Virus record (IMG/VR): IMGVR_UViG_3300037722_000118
Coordinates: 1 to 31,531 of that record
Source of the DNA: a virus
Taxonomy: Duplodnaviria; Caudoviricetes
DNA: 31,531 nt
Reading direction: 5' to 3' (one strand)
Of the stretch, positions 1 to 10,583 are shown in pieces (within the stretch, counting starts at the first letter, position 1; each line of letters starts with the position of its first letter). The position numbers and the translations under genes were made by a program. Below the pieces are notes generated by a model. That model saw only the letters and a list, made by a program, of their open reading frames with translations. It searched no databases and had not been told where the DNA came from.

Positions 1-390
1 ACGGCCGTAGATGTTTCTACCGCGGCGACGATCACGAGCGTTACCAGCGTTTCCAATGCCGTCAGCGTCTCAACCGCGAGCGCCATAGCCAGCGTTGCGA
101 GTGTAATCAGCCTTAGCACAACGGCGGCAGTCCAGGTCAATGCCGAGGTGGTGGACGCGATCAATACGGACACCTACGAAGAGCCGACCGGCGTTCCCAG
201 CACGGCCGCCAGTCTCGTGACGATGGGCCGCTATCTCTATTCGGGACTGCGCAACCCATTGCGCGTCAGCAGCTCGGCCAAGACGTTCTATGGGGCAGCG
301 GATACCTTCCTGTTCGGCAAGACGCTGAGCCAGGACAGCACCAGTTCAACTGGCGTGTACGCAGAGGCCGTGGCCTCTACCAGCACGTAG
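1..390 (+). CDS. 5'-truncated Ser/Thr-rich probable virion accessory or fibre protein (C-terminal 129 aa)
   Basis: Frame 1 is open from base 1 to TAG at 388-390 (TAVDVSTAATITSV...QVNAEVVDAINTDTYEEP...ASTST), so the ORF-track start at 148 is internal. Confidence 0.7.
   Translation, partial: TAVDVSTAATITSVTSVSNAVSVSTASAIASVASVISLSTTAAVQVNAEVVDAINTDTYEEPTGVPSTAASLVTMGRYLYSGLRNPLRVSSSAKTFYGAADTFLFGKTLSQDSTSSTGVYAEAVASTST
4..111 (+). repeat. Degenerate 18-aa tandem repeat in the first ORF
   Basis: AVDVSTAATITSVTSVSN / AVSVSTASAIASVASVIS, followed by partial LSTTAA. Confidence 0.55.
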
Positions 391-400
391 GGGGTGGGCT

Positions 401-655
401 ATGACAGACGAATTTAAGATCGAGGTGACGCCCGCCATGATTGAGGCGGGCGCTGGTTTGCTTCGGGAGCGCTGGATGGACCTTCGGCGGCCCTCGTCAG
501 CTGTACTATTCGAGTCAGTTTCGGCCGATGTGTTTCGGGCAATGCGTTTAGCGCAGCTCGGATTTCCGGCTTTTACGGAAGAAGAAACTGTCGAGCTTCA
601 CGAGATAACGCGTGCTTTATCTCGTGAGTTAGACGCTCGGAAACAGCGGCTATGA
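401..655 (+). CDS. Hypothetical protein (IEVTPAMIEAG...VFRAM small phage protein type)
   Basis: ATG after G-rich SD-like sequence; stop overlaps the next start (ATGA). Confidence 0.65.
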   Translation: MTDEFKIEVTPAMIEAGAGLLRERWMDLRRPSSAVLFESVSADVFRAMRLAQLGFPAFTEEETVELHEITRALSRELDARKQRL

Positions 656-822
656 CAGCACAGATTGCGGCGGTAATCGCTGCCGTTGCAGCGTTGGTTG
701 CCGCGTTCTTTGCATTTCGGGCAATGCGGCTATGTGCGCGGCTAGAGGTGTCTCTTGGGGTGCCCAGCAGTTCCCTTGAGAGCAAGGTTCGCTTCCTGCA
801 GGGCGTTACGTCCGTCAAATGA
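652..822 (+). CDS. Small membrane protein, 56 aa (not in ORF track)
   Basis: MTAQIAAVIAAVAALVAAFFAFRAMRLCARLEVSLGVPSSSLESKVRFLQGVTSVK; ATGA overlaps at both ends (652-655, 819-822); N-terminal hydrophobic helix. Confidence 0.6.
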   Translation: MTAQIAAVIAAVAALVAAFFAFRAMRLCARLEVSLGVPSSSLESKVRFLQGVTSVK

Positions 823-1037
823 CGCCTGCCGAACGCCGCTCTGCCGCCTGGTTGGTGACGGGGCTTGCGGCACCTACCGTAACCCCAGGTTCGGATTCGC
901 CAACCCTGAGGCAACAGGCCGGCTGGGGCTATTCAGGGCTGGCTGTCACACAAGCAGCGCCACCGGTGAGCGGGGACGCCGAAGGTTTCGTCTATCGCAA
1001 GCGTAGACTGCGCGCACGCAAGCGCCGGTTCAACTAG
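819..1037 (+). CDS. Hypothetical small protein with very basic C-terminus
   Basis: ATGA-coupled start; RQQAGWGYSG core; ends RKRRLRARKRRFN. Confidence 0.65.
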   Translation: MTPAERRSAAWLVTGLAAPTVTPGSDSPTLRQQAGWGYSGLAVTQAAPPVSGDAEGFVYRKRRLRARKRRFN

Positions 1038-1047
1038 GGAGTCCGCT

Positions 1048-1389
1048 ATGTCGCAGCGCGGCGCGTTCAGCTTCTATCCCGTGAACAGCACGGAGCCGGC
1101 CTTCAACAGCACGGGGACCGGCACGAGTGCGTTCTTCGCATTCGAAAGCTCGGACACCAATCGTGTTTGGCAGGGACCGAGTGGAAGAGCCGTCAGGCTG
1201 TCGAGCAAGGCAGCGGACGATTACTCAGTGGTCTTCGGTACCACGACGGCCGTGGCGACGTCTTCGGGTGGCATCCTGATCCTGGGTGGCACGGTCGAGA
1301 CATTCAGGGCCAACCCGGGCCAGACGCATATCGCCATCGTGTCTTCGACAGATGTCACGGTAAATGTGACTCTTGGCTACGGCATGTGA
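1048..1389 (+). CDS. Small beta-rich Ser/Thr/Gly-rich protein, probable virion accessory
   Basis: SD GGGAG upstream; alternating beta-strand pattern; NST, NST and SST motifs. Confidence 0.7.
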   Translation: MSQRGAFSFYPVNSTEPAFNSTGTGTSAFFAFESSDTNRVWQGPSGRAVRLSSKAADDYSVVFGTTTAVATSSGGILILGGTVETFRANPGQTHIAIVSSTDVTVNVTLGYGM

Positions 1390-1399
1390 GGGCTGAATA

Positions 1400-1945
1400 A
1401 TGCCTGCTCGCACCACACCCCGTTATTCCGACGTCCCGGTCGACGTGCTCGCCTTGATGGTGCGCCAGCCGGAAAAAGTGCAGCCGCTCATTGATGCATG
1501 GCAGGAAGCGGAGGCCAAAGCTCGCGCGGCCAGGGAAGAGGCGGCCAAGCAGGAACACGACGCGTGGGAAGTCAAGGCCGTAGTCGAAGAGGCCCAGGCC
1601 AAGCTGAATGCAGATCGCGCCGAGTTCGCCAAACAGGCCAGTCAGGCACAGAAGGCGCTCGATGGCAGGCGCGCGCAGCTCGATAGGGCCAGCGCCGATC
1701 TGGATCGTAAGACAGCCGATCTGAACGCGCAGGGCAAGGCACTCGATGAACGCGAGGCCAAGCTGAACGCCGTGGAGGCCAAGCAGAAGACTGAGGCGGC
1801 GGCGCTGGCTGAACGCGCCAAGAAGCTCGAAGCGTACAACGACAGCCTCAACCGGCGCGATGAGACGTTGGCCGCGCGCGAGACCAAGCTGCACAACGAT
1901 CTGCGCGACCTGAACAACCGGCTGAAGGGCTTTGAAGTAGTGTGA
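1400..1945 (+). CDS. Coiled-coil protein
   Basis: SD GAGG; long Ala/Glu/Lys/Arg heptad region; GTGA overlap with the next gene. Confidence 0.75.
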   Translation: MPARTTPRYSDVPVDVLALMVRQPEKVQPLIDAWQEAEAKARAAREEAAKQEHDAWEVKAVVEEAQAKLNADRAEFAKQASQAQKALDGRRAQLDRASADLDRKTADLNAQGKALDEREAKLNAVEAKQKTEAAALAERAKKLEAYNDSLNRRDETLAARETKLHNDLRDLNNRLKGFEVV

Positions 1946-2613
1946 CCCCGGTAGTCTTAATGTGCGGAGGCCGGGGGGAAAGGCTTCACGCGTTAACGCA
2001 GCATACTCCGAAGCCGCTCCTGCCCGTTGGCGGCAAGCCGATGGTAGAGAGCATTATCGAAGGCTTCCGGGATCAGGGCTTTAAGCGGTTCTGGCTGTGC
2101 GTCCACTACAAGGCGGACCTGATCGAGAAGCACTTCGGCAACGGGGAACGGCTTGGGGTGAAGATCAAGTACACCCACGAGGAAAAGCCGCTCGGGACGG
2201 GCGGGGCGCTCCGACTTCTACCAAAATTCGATGTACCGTTCATTGTGTGTAACGCCGACGTGCTCACAAGGTTGAGCTACGGGCATCTCATGTCGTTCCA
2301 CGCTCAGGAGCGATGTCAGGCCACGGTATGCCTTGCACTTCATCAATATCAGGTGGAGTTCGGCGTCGCGGATGTGGAGGACAACAGGCTTGTCAGGATG
2401 CGCGAGAAGCCGATTGAGAACTATCTGATCAACGGCGGGGTTTACGTGCTCAACCCAGAAGCAATGGACCATGCACCCGAGGGAGCATTCGGCATGCCGG
2501 AGTTGATCGATCGGCTGGACAAGGTGGCGGCCTACCCGATCCAGGGTTACTGGCTCGACTGCGGTAGGTGGGAAGATTACACGAAGGCGAATGACGAGTG
2601 GGCGCCGAGGTGA
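1942..2613 (+). CDS. Sugar-phosphate nucleotidyltransferase (NTP_transferase; LegX/PtmE- or mannose-1-P guanylyltransferase-like)
   Basis: GGRGERL..LT...PKPLL signature, EEKPLGTGGAL, NADVL, EKP, INGGVYVL, WLDCG. Confidence 0.92.
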   Translation: MTPVVLMCGGRGERLHALTQHTPKPLLPVGGKPMVESIIEGFRDQGFKRFWLCVHYKADLIEKHFGNGERLGVKIKYTHEEKPLGTGGALRLLPKFDVPFIVCNADVLTRLSYGHLMSFHAQERCQATVCLALHQYQVEFGVADVEDNRLVRMREKPIENYLINGGVYVLNPEAMDHAPEGAFGMPELIDRLDKVAAYPIQGYWLDCGRWEDYTKANDEWAPR

Positions 2614-3593
2614 ATCCGCTTCAGTCGTTGTACGACACGTTCAACAACGGCACGTCTCAGGAGAAATGGGACAGCCTGCCTGACTTCCCGCGCATGTTGG
2701 ACGTTGAGTTGACGAGCGCGTGCAATTTCGGCTGTCTGCAATGTCCCACGGGCAACAAGTCGCTCGGCAGGAAAGCCGAGTTCATGGCCGATGAGACGAT
2801 TTACAAGATCGTGACGGAGGCCGGGGAACATGACGCGGCGCTGCGGTTCATTGGCTGGGGCGAGCCGTTGCTACACCCGCGCGTGGTTGACTACGTATCG
2901 TGGGCTCATGTTCACGGCCTGCTCACTCATCTGAACACCAACGGATCGAAGTTGAGTCCGACGATGGCGGCGGCGCTGGTCGGGGTCGGGCTGTCGAGCA
3001 TCAAACTCTCATTCCAAGGCGTTGATCGTCAGTCCTACCTTGAGATGCGTCGGACGGACTTCTTCGAGGGCATGATCCGGGCTATCGAGGTGATGCGCGA
3101 GGCGAGGCGGGACAGGAAGCTGCCGTACATCGCGGCGTCAACATCCATCACCTACGAATCCGAGGAACAGGTTGCCGAGTTTCGCGCACGGTTAGAGCCG
3201 CTGGTCGATCATCTGTCGATAGGACACACCACGTTCGACTTCATGGACATGAAAGCCGTCCGGCTCAAGCCTGCCGAGAAAGCCATGCTTGAACGGCTGG
3301 CGGGCTTGCAGACGGTAGAGAGGCGGCATCCCGATCCTTGCCCTGAGGTGTTCGACAAGCTGTCGATCCACGCGGACGGCTCGGTAAGGGTCTGCTGTAA
3401 CGATTATTCAGGCGTTACCTATCTGGGCAACGTCAACGAAACGCCCATCGCTGAGATGTGGCGCCACCCGCAGATCGAGGACTACCGCCGACGCCTCGCG
3501 AAGAAGGAATACGGCGGGCCGTTGTGCTCTGTCTGCTTCGACTACCAAAGCCTAACCGCTGGGACAAAGCATGTATCCGAACCTGTGGAGTGA
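2610..3593 (+). CDS. Radical SAM protein with SPASM/twitch domain
   Basis: CNFGCLQC (CxxxCxxC), GWGEPLLH, NTNG, C-terminal CPEVF..LSIHADGSVRVCC...LGNV...CSVC; GTG at 2610 overlaps the upstream stop. Confidence 0.92.
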   Translation: MNPLQSLYDTFNNGTSQEKWDSLPDFPRMLDVELTSACNFGCLQCPTGNKSLGRKAEFMADETIYKIVTEAGEHDAALRFIGWGEPLLHPRVVDYVSWAHVHGLLTHLNTNGSKLSPTMAAALVGVGLSSIKLSFQGVDRQSYLEMRRTDFFEGMIRAIEVMREARRDRKLPYIAASTSITYESEEQVAEFRARLEPLVDHLSIGHTTFDFMDMKAVRLKPAEKAMLERLAGLQTVERRHPDPCPEVFDKLSIHADGSVRVCCNDYSGVTYLGNVNETPIAEMWRHPQIEDYRRRLAKKEYGGPLCSVCFDYQSLTAGTKHVSEPVE

Positions 3594-4745
3594 CGACGTA
3601 GAGCAGCGCATCCGTTCCGAGGCCCGCAATCTGGACCCCCAGGAGCGGCCCGCGACGGTTCAGATGTGCACGCGCTGTGTCATGACGAATCAACGCCCCC
3701 GCATTGTGTTCGATGACGAGGGCGTGTGTTCAGCCTGTCGTTATGCCGAGCGCAAGCGTAACGGTATCGACTGGGCGGCGCGTGAACAGCAGCTGCGCGA
3801 CTTGCTGGATCGGCACAGAAGCTCAGGCGCCGTGGCCGGTTATGACTGCATCGTCCCTGCCTCCGGAGGGAAGGACAGCAGCTTTGTGGCCACGACGCTG
3901 CGCGACTACGGCATGAACCCGCTGTGCGCCCGCTTCGCCCCGTTCATGACGACGGACGTAGGTGAGCGTAATTGGCAGAGTTTCATCCATTCAGGATTCG
4001 ACACGGTGACGATGCAGCCTAATGGTCTGTTGCATCGCAAGCTTGCCCGGTTGGCCTTCGAGTTCTACGGCGATCCGTTCCAGCCCTTCACCTATGGACA
4101 ACTGTGCTGGCCCATGCACGTCGCGGCGATGAATGGCGTGACGCTGGTTTTTTATGGTGAGAATGGAGAGGCGGAATATGGGGGCGACCCGAGCGCCAAC
4201 GACAAGCCATGCTGGTCGGCCGAGGATTGGGATAGGGTTTACCACAAGGGCGCTGCGATCGAGAGGTTGTTGAAGATCGGCCGAGATTTGGGCGCCATCA
4301 CCGATGAAGACGCCTACGCACTCTCGCCCTTCTACGGTCTGCCCGAGGATCGGCCGGAATTCCACTGGCTTGGCTACTATCTGCCCTGGCATCCGCAGGG
4401 CAATTTCTACACAGCTTGCGAGCGCACGGGCTTCGAACCCAACGAGGAGCGCAGCGAGGGCACCTATAGCAAGTATGCGAGCCTGGACGACAAGCTGGAT
4501 GGGCTGCACTACTACATGGCCTACGTCAAGTTTGGCATCGGCCGCTGCACCAGTGATGCCGCTCACGAAATACGAGACGGGGAAATCGACCGTGACGAGG
4601 CCCTGGCGCTTGTCAAGCGGTATGACGGCGAGTTCCCAACCCGCCACCTGACCGAGTGCTTGGACTATCTCGGCATGGATCGCGAGGCGCTTGATGCGGC
4701 GATCGAGCGGTTTCGTGGGCCTCAGGTTTCGCTGAGGGCGGCGGC

Positions 4746-4749
<4 letters not shown>
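3571..4749 (+). CDS. N-acetyl-sugar amidotransferase (WbuX/WbpG/PseA/PtmG family, PP-loop)
   Basis: CTRC...GVCSAC N-terminus, YDCIVPASGGKDS PP-loop, YGENGEAEYGG, KYASLDDKLDGLHYYMAYVKFGIGR. Confidence 0.92.
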
Positions 4750-5879
<1,130 letters not shown>

Positions 5880-6604
5880 CGTCTACGTACCGACTCACAA
5901 CCGTATCGACCTTCTCCTGTCCCGTGCTCTTCCAAGCGTGAAGGCGCAGACGTACCGCAACATCGAAATCATCGTTGCCGCGCACGGCTGCACGGATGGA
6001 ACGGCCGAACGTTTGGCTGGCTACGACCCGCGCCTCAGGGTTATCGAGGTGCCGAGGACACGTACCTACCCGCCGACAGCGGAGAACCATTGGCTGGCGG
6101 GTCCGGTGGTTCCGGCAAACGCGGCGCTGAAGGAATGTCGCGGCGAGTGGATCGCTCGAATCGATGACGACGACAGTTGGACGCCGGATCACCTGGAAAA
6201 GCTGCTGAACTTCGCGATCCGAGGCAACTACGAGTTCGTCTCATCTGCGCACGCGACGCATGTCGGGCCGATTGCTCCTTACGATCTGGACGGCGTGAAG
6301 GTGGGCGGTACACAGACTTGGTTGTACAGGTCGTATCTGAAGTTCTTCCGCTACAATATCGACTGCTGGCGGAAGACTTACGACAGGGTTAACGACACCG
6401 ACTTGCAGCGCCGCATGAGAAATGCCGGCGTTCGCATGGGATATCTCCCGGAGGTGACGGCCTACGTGTTGCCGCGTCCCGGAGAGAGCGCGGTGGGCCT
6501 CGCGGCCTACAGAGACAACAAGCGCCAGATAGAGAAACAACTGGCGTTCTAACCGGCCGCTGGGACGGCCTCCTACGCAACAGCAATGGCAAGGAGAAAC
6601 CGTC

Positions 6605-7057
6605 ATGTTCACCATGCGGACTTCGATTCACGGTCGCCGCCTCGGGCTTTCGTCCACCGGTGGGTTGCTCGCAAGCGCGGGCGAGTCCACCGCCCAGGTA
6701 GCTGCTGCTCAGATGTGGGGCAGCGGCATGCTCGAAACCATCGCGTCCACCGGCGGCGCGACGCTGCTCAATTACGGCGTGTCCGTAATCGCTACCACCG
6801 CCACGGCCGCGACGTTCCTGCTGGGTGCGCCCGTGGCTGGCCTCAGCAAGGAAATCTACATCGTGTCTTCCGGCTCGGCGCTGACCTTCGGCGGCACCTC
6901 CACATCGCAGGTGTTCTCGAAGATCGGCGGAGGCACTGCCGGCTCGACCACGCTGACGCTGACTGACGCCAACCTCGCCGGCCAGGCTCTTGTCCTACGT
7001 GGCCTCAGTGCGACTAAGTGGGGGCTGATGAACGGCTCCACGGTCATTCAGGCTTAA
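6605..7057 (+). CDS. Ser/Thr/Gly-rich probable virion accessory protein
   Basis: SD AAGGAG; beta-rich small-residue composition; six ST dipeptides. Confidence 0.7.
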   Translation: MFTMRTSIHGRRLGLSSTGGLLASAGESTAQVAAAQMWGSGMLETIASTGGATLLNYGVSVIATTATAATFLLGAPVAGLSKEIYIVSSGSALTFGGTSTSQVFSKIGGGTAGSTTLTLTDANLAGQALVLRGLSATKWGLMNGSTVIQA

Positions 7058-7075
7058 CCATCGACAATCTGGGCA

Positions 7076-8110
7076 ATGACAAAAATAGACAGCGAAGAGG
7101 CGTGGGCCGAGCATACGGCGGCTGACGCCATCACGATGGACGTTCTTGAGCGCGCCGAGCGTGTTCTGCGTGTTGTCGAGAAATCGCCAATTGCGAATCC
7201 CGTCCCAAGCCGCAAGATCGCCATTTTCGGCACCACGCCATCCAGGATGGAGGGGCCGGTCAACGGTGACGGCTGGGATCGCTGGACCATCGGTCCCGGT
7301 GGAAAGGACACCCATGGTTGGGATCGGCTGTTTGAGATCCACGGTACATGGCCTGAGGACTTCAAGGGCTACCTGAACGATCTGTCGAAAGAGAAGCGCG
7401 CCGTCTACACCCTGTGGCCCATGACTTCCAAGATGGAGGAATGGGCGCACGGCAAGGACGCCAAGTGGCTGGCCGAAACAATCCAAGGCGACTGGTCGTC
7501 CAACGTGGTGATCGATCGAGAGGCCCTGTACGAGAAGTACGGCCGCATGTGGTTCTCGTCTTCGATCGCCTATTGCATTGCGCTGGCGATAGAAGAGGGC
7601 GCCACGGATATCGGATGCTGGGGCATCGATCTGGAATCCGGCGAGGAATACATATCTCAACATATGGGTTGTAAGCACTTCCTCGATCTCGCAAAGGCGG
7701 TGGGGATCAACCTTCACTTCCCTGACGGATGCGGGTTGATGCGCGATCTCAACCCGTATCCGGACAGGTACGAGACGCACCTGGCCTTGACGCTGGAGAA
7801 GAAGCACAAGTGGTTGGGCAACATCATCGCCCAGAAAGAACCGGAGTACGAGAACCTGAAGGCCGACCTTCATCGACAGGAAGGTGCCTTGCTGTGTATC
7901 CGGAACATCGTGGCCAGAGCGGGAGGTAAAGAGATCACGCTGAAGCCCGAGGAGCTGGCTGAGGAGATGAAAGGTGGCGAGGCGCACCTTAACAAGATCA
8001 ACCAGAATCTCGGGCAGGCGGCGGCGAACATCAACCACCTGAAAGGCGAGCAGTCCGCAACCCAGTATTACCGTCGAATGTACTGCTGGGGCGTGACCGA
8101 TCCGACGTAA
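7076..8110 (+). CDS. Possible Maf/sialyltransferase-like (GT-A variant) transferase with C-terminal coiled coil
   Basis: KIAIFGTTPS and SSIAYCIALAIEEGATDIGCWGID resemble the hhhG.gPS and A..lA...Ga..I.l.G.D motifs of Maf/CstII-type folds; the ORF is solid but the function is inferred; alternative start ATG 7136. Confidence 0.5.
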   Translation: MTKIDSEEAWAEHTAADAITMDVLERAERVLRVVEKSPIANPVPSRKIAIFGTTPSRMEGPVNGDGWDRWTIGPGGKDTHGWDRLFEIHGTWPEDFKGYLNDLSKEKRAVYTLWPMTSKMEEWAHGKDAKWLAETIQGDWSSNVVIDREALYEKYGRMWFSSSIAYCIALAIEEGATDIGCWGIDLESGEEYISQHMGCKHFLDLAKAVGINLHFPDGCGLMRDLNPYPDRYETHLALTLEKKHKWLGNIIAQKEPEYENLKADLHRQEGALLCIRNIVARAGGKEITLKPEELAEEMKGGEAHLNKINQNLGQAAANINHLKGEQSATQYYRRMYCWGVTDPT

Positions 8111-8112
8111 CC

Positions 8113-8439
8113 ATGGCAGCGAGAAAGACACCAAGTCGAGGAGGGAAGCCGGACAAGCTCTGGACTGACGCCCTTCGCATCGCCGTCATGGAGTCGGCTG
8201 GAGACGGCGATCGACGCAAGCTGCGCGCGATGGCTGACAAGATCGTCGAACTGGCTTTGGACGGAGATATACAGGCCATCAAGGAGATCGGCGACCGTCT
8301 GGAAGGCAAGCCGGCGCAGCGGACGGAAATCGTCGGCGATGATGGTGGTCCGGTTGAATTCGAGGACGTGAGCACTAAAGAGTTGGCCCGTCTCATTCTG
8401 GCACTGATCGAAAAGGCCAAGCGTGGCGACAACGATTGA
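8113..8439 (+). CDS. terS: Terminase small subunit
   Basis: Directly upstream of and overlapping terL; GDIQAIKEIGDRLEGKP.Q..EI.G..GGP pattern. Confidence 0.7.
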   Translation: MAARKTPSRGGKPDKLWTDALRIAVMESAGDGDRRKLRAMADKIVELALDGDIQAIKEIGDRLEGKPAQRTEIVGDDGGPVEFEDVSTKELARLILALIEKAKRGDND

Positions 8440-10000
8440 GGCGCTTGTCGCTGAGCTGGAGGGTCTTGGCCCTTCGGCCTTGGCGGAAATCAAGCGCGTT
8501 ACGCTGAGCGTCTCCGGCGTTTGGACGCCATCTCCCGGCCCGCAATCCGCAGCGTTCTACAGCAAGGCCGACGTACTGCTGTATGGAGGGCAGGCTGGAG
8601 GCGGGAAAAGTGGCCTCCTGGTTGGGCTGGCGCTGACGAAGCACAAGCGTTCCCTATTGATGCGCCGGCAATATACCGATCTCGGCGCGTTGACAGAGGA
8701 TTGCCTGGAGAAGCACGGCACTCGAAAAGGCTTCTCCGGCTCGCCTCCCGCGAAACTGAAGACCGAAGACGGACGACTTATCGACTTCGGCGCCGCCAAG
8801 CAACCCGGAGATGAACAGCATTGGCGAGGCCAGCCGCACGATCTGCTCGGGATAGACGAGGCTTCCCAATTCTTGGAAAGCCAAGTGCGCTTTCTCATGG
8901 GCTGGGTGCGCTCCGTGGAACCGGGCCAGCGATGCCGCGTCGTGCTTGCAACAAACCCGCCGGAGAACATTGCCGAGGGCGCGTGGCTCAAGAAGATGTT
9001 CGCGCCCTGGCTCGATCCGGCGCATCCCAAACCAGCCAAGCCTGGAGAATTGCGCTGGGTGGTGTCCGATGACCGTGGCGAGGATTTGTGGGTAGACGGC
9101 CCGGAGCAGGTAAACATCGGCGGGCGCATGGTGCAGCCGTTGTCCCGGACGTTCATTCCTGCTGCGTTGGATGATAACCCGTTCCTGAAGGACACCGGGT
9201 ACAGAGCCCAGTTGGACGGCCTGCCCGAACCGCTTCGCTCTGCCGTGCGCGACGGCAACTGGATGATCAGCCACGAAGACGACGAGTGGCAGGTTATCCC
9301 GACAAACTGGATTCTGGCGGCACAGCAGCGGTGGACCCGCGACCCGCCGGCGACTTCTCCGATGTGCGCCATCGGCGTGGACGTGGCGCAGGGTGGATCG
9401 GACAACACCGTGTTGGCGCCGAGATACGATGCATGGTTTGCCATGCCCATTGTTGTCCCTGGCAGTGAGACGCCTGGGGGAACGGAAGTCGCCGCGCTGG
9501 TGTTCAAGCATCGCCGGAACGACGCGCATATCATAATTGATATGGGCGGAGGTTACGGTGGTGGCGCGCACGATCATCTGAAAGCCAACCATATTCCGGT
9601 GACGGGATATAAAGGCGCCGAGGCATCGGCCGCACGCACGCACCCGGATCGGCTGGTGGGTTTCTATAATAAGCGCGCCGAATCCTGGTGGCGTTTTCGC
9701 GAAGCTTTGGACCCTGATCAACCCGGTGGTTCTCCCATTGCCCTGCCGCCGGACAGCGAATTGATGGCCGATCTCGTGTCGCCGCATTTCGAAACCCGTA
9801 CGGGCAAGATCAAGGTGGAGGCGAAAGAGGACATCGTTAAACGCCTTCACAGATCCCCGGACAGAGGGGACGCGGTGACCATGGCATGGAGCGCGGGTGC
9901 CACGCACGTCACGCATGGGCAGATGTGGCGCGATCTCACGAAGAGCCACAAGAAGCCCAAGGTCATTCGGGGATATGAGAACAAGAAGAGGCGGCGGTGA
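8423..10000 (+). CDS. terL: Terminase large subunit
   Basis: Walker A YGGQAGGGKS, Walker B LLGIDEA, coupling motif ATNP, nuclease motifs IGVDVAQGGSD and SPDRGDA. Confidence 0.95.
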   Translation: MATTIEALVAELEGLGPSALAEIKRVTLSVSGVWTPSPGPQSAAFYSKADVLLYGGQAGGGKSGLLVGLALTKHKRSLLMRRQYTDLGALTEDCLEKHGTRKGFSGSPPAKLKTEDGRLIDFGAAKQPGDEQHWRGQPHDLLGIDEASQFLESQVRFLMGWVRSVEPGQRCRVVLATNPPENIAEGAWLKKMFAPWLDPAHPKPAKPGELRWVVSDDRGEDLWVDGPEQVNIGGRMVQPLSRTFIPAALDDNPFLKDTGYRAQLDGLPEPLRSAVRDGNWMISHEDDEWQVIPTNWILAAQQRWTRDPPATSPMCAIGVDVAQGGSDNTVLAPRYDAWFAMPIVVPGSETPGGTEVAALVFKHRRNDAHIIIDMGGGYGGGAHDHLKANHIPVTGYKGAEASAARTHPDRLVGFYNKRAESWWRFREALDPDQPGGSPIALPPDSELMADLVSPHFETRTGKIKVEAKEDIVKRLHRSPDRGDAVTMAWSAGATHVTHGQMWRDLTKSHKKPKVIRGYENKKRRR

Positions 10001-10473
10001 ATGCGGTTGTCGTGTTCCACGGCCATGGCAACGGCCTTCTCTCGCGCCTCTTGAAACCGGGTTTCCGGCATGTCTTCTGCTCCATCAATGACGGCCGGTA
10101 CTGGATACTGATCGACGGCAAGGCCGGCATCCCGGAGATCGAGGCGATTGCCGCCCACGACTACGATCTCGCGGCGTTCTATCGCGAACATGGGTTTACC
10201 GTGATCGAGATGGAGCGTGGCACTGAAGCACCGCGCGGGCCGTTCGCAGTCGCCAACTGTGTCGGTATGTGTAAAGCCGTGTTGTGCGTCCGCTCGTGGG
10301 CGATAACGCCCTATCAACTTTACCAGCATCTGAGGAAAGCCCATGAGATTCCCCGGCAACACGCTGATGAAAGCGCTACGCCCGCCGTCGTTCAATTCTC
10401 CACTTCCCATGGTCGATGCGATCCGGGGGAAGGAGGGGACGGGTGCTGGGATCGTGCCCAAGCCGCTCCGTAA
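9997..10473 (+). CDS. Hypothetical protein, possible permuted papain-like (His...Cys) enzyme
   Basis: GTGA-coupled start; GFRHVF, NCVGMC and ITPYQLY in permuted NlpC/P60-like order. Confidence 0.55.
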   Translation: MNAVVVFHGHGNGLLSRLLKPGFRHVFCSINDGRYWILIDGKAGIPEIEAIAAHDYDLAAFYREHGFTVIEMERGTEAPRGPFAVANCVGMCKAVLCVRSWAITPYQLYQHLRKAHEIPRQHADESATPAVVQFSTSHGRCDPGEGGDGCWDRAQAAP

Positions 10474-10579
10474 TATGGAGCAAAATTTGGCTCTCTCGAT
10501 CGGGAAGCCCGGCACGGCATTCGGCATGCTGGAGACCGAGAAAGAGAAGAAAGAAAAGAAAGAGCTGCTTGGAGGATGA
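10343..10579 (+). CDS. Small pre-portal protein, copy 1
   Basis: SD GAGGA; starts MRFPGNTL and ends LLGG. Confidence 0.55.
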   Translation: MRFPGNTLMKALRPPSFNSPLPMVDAIRGKEGTGAGIVPKPLRNMEQNLALSIGKPGTAFGMLETEKEKKEKKELLGG

Positions 10580-10583
10580 TGAA

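Noticed and set aside
8557-9949. Long minus-strand ORFs opposite terL, and similar ones opposite 7076-8110, the second radical SAM and the capsid gene
   Set aside because: Antisense shadows of GC-rich coding genes; no motifs, while the + strand genes carry clear family signatures
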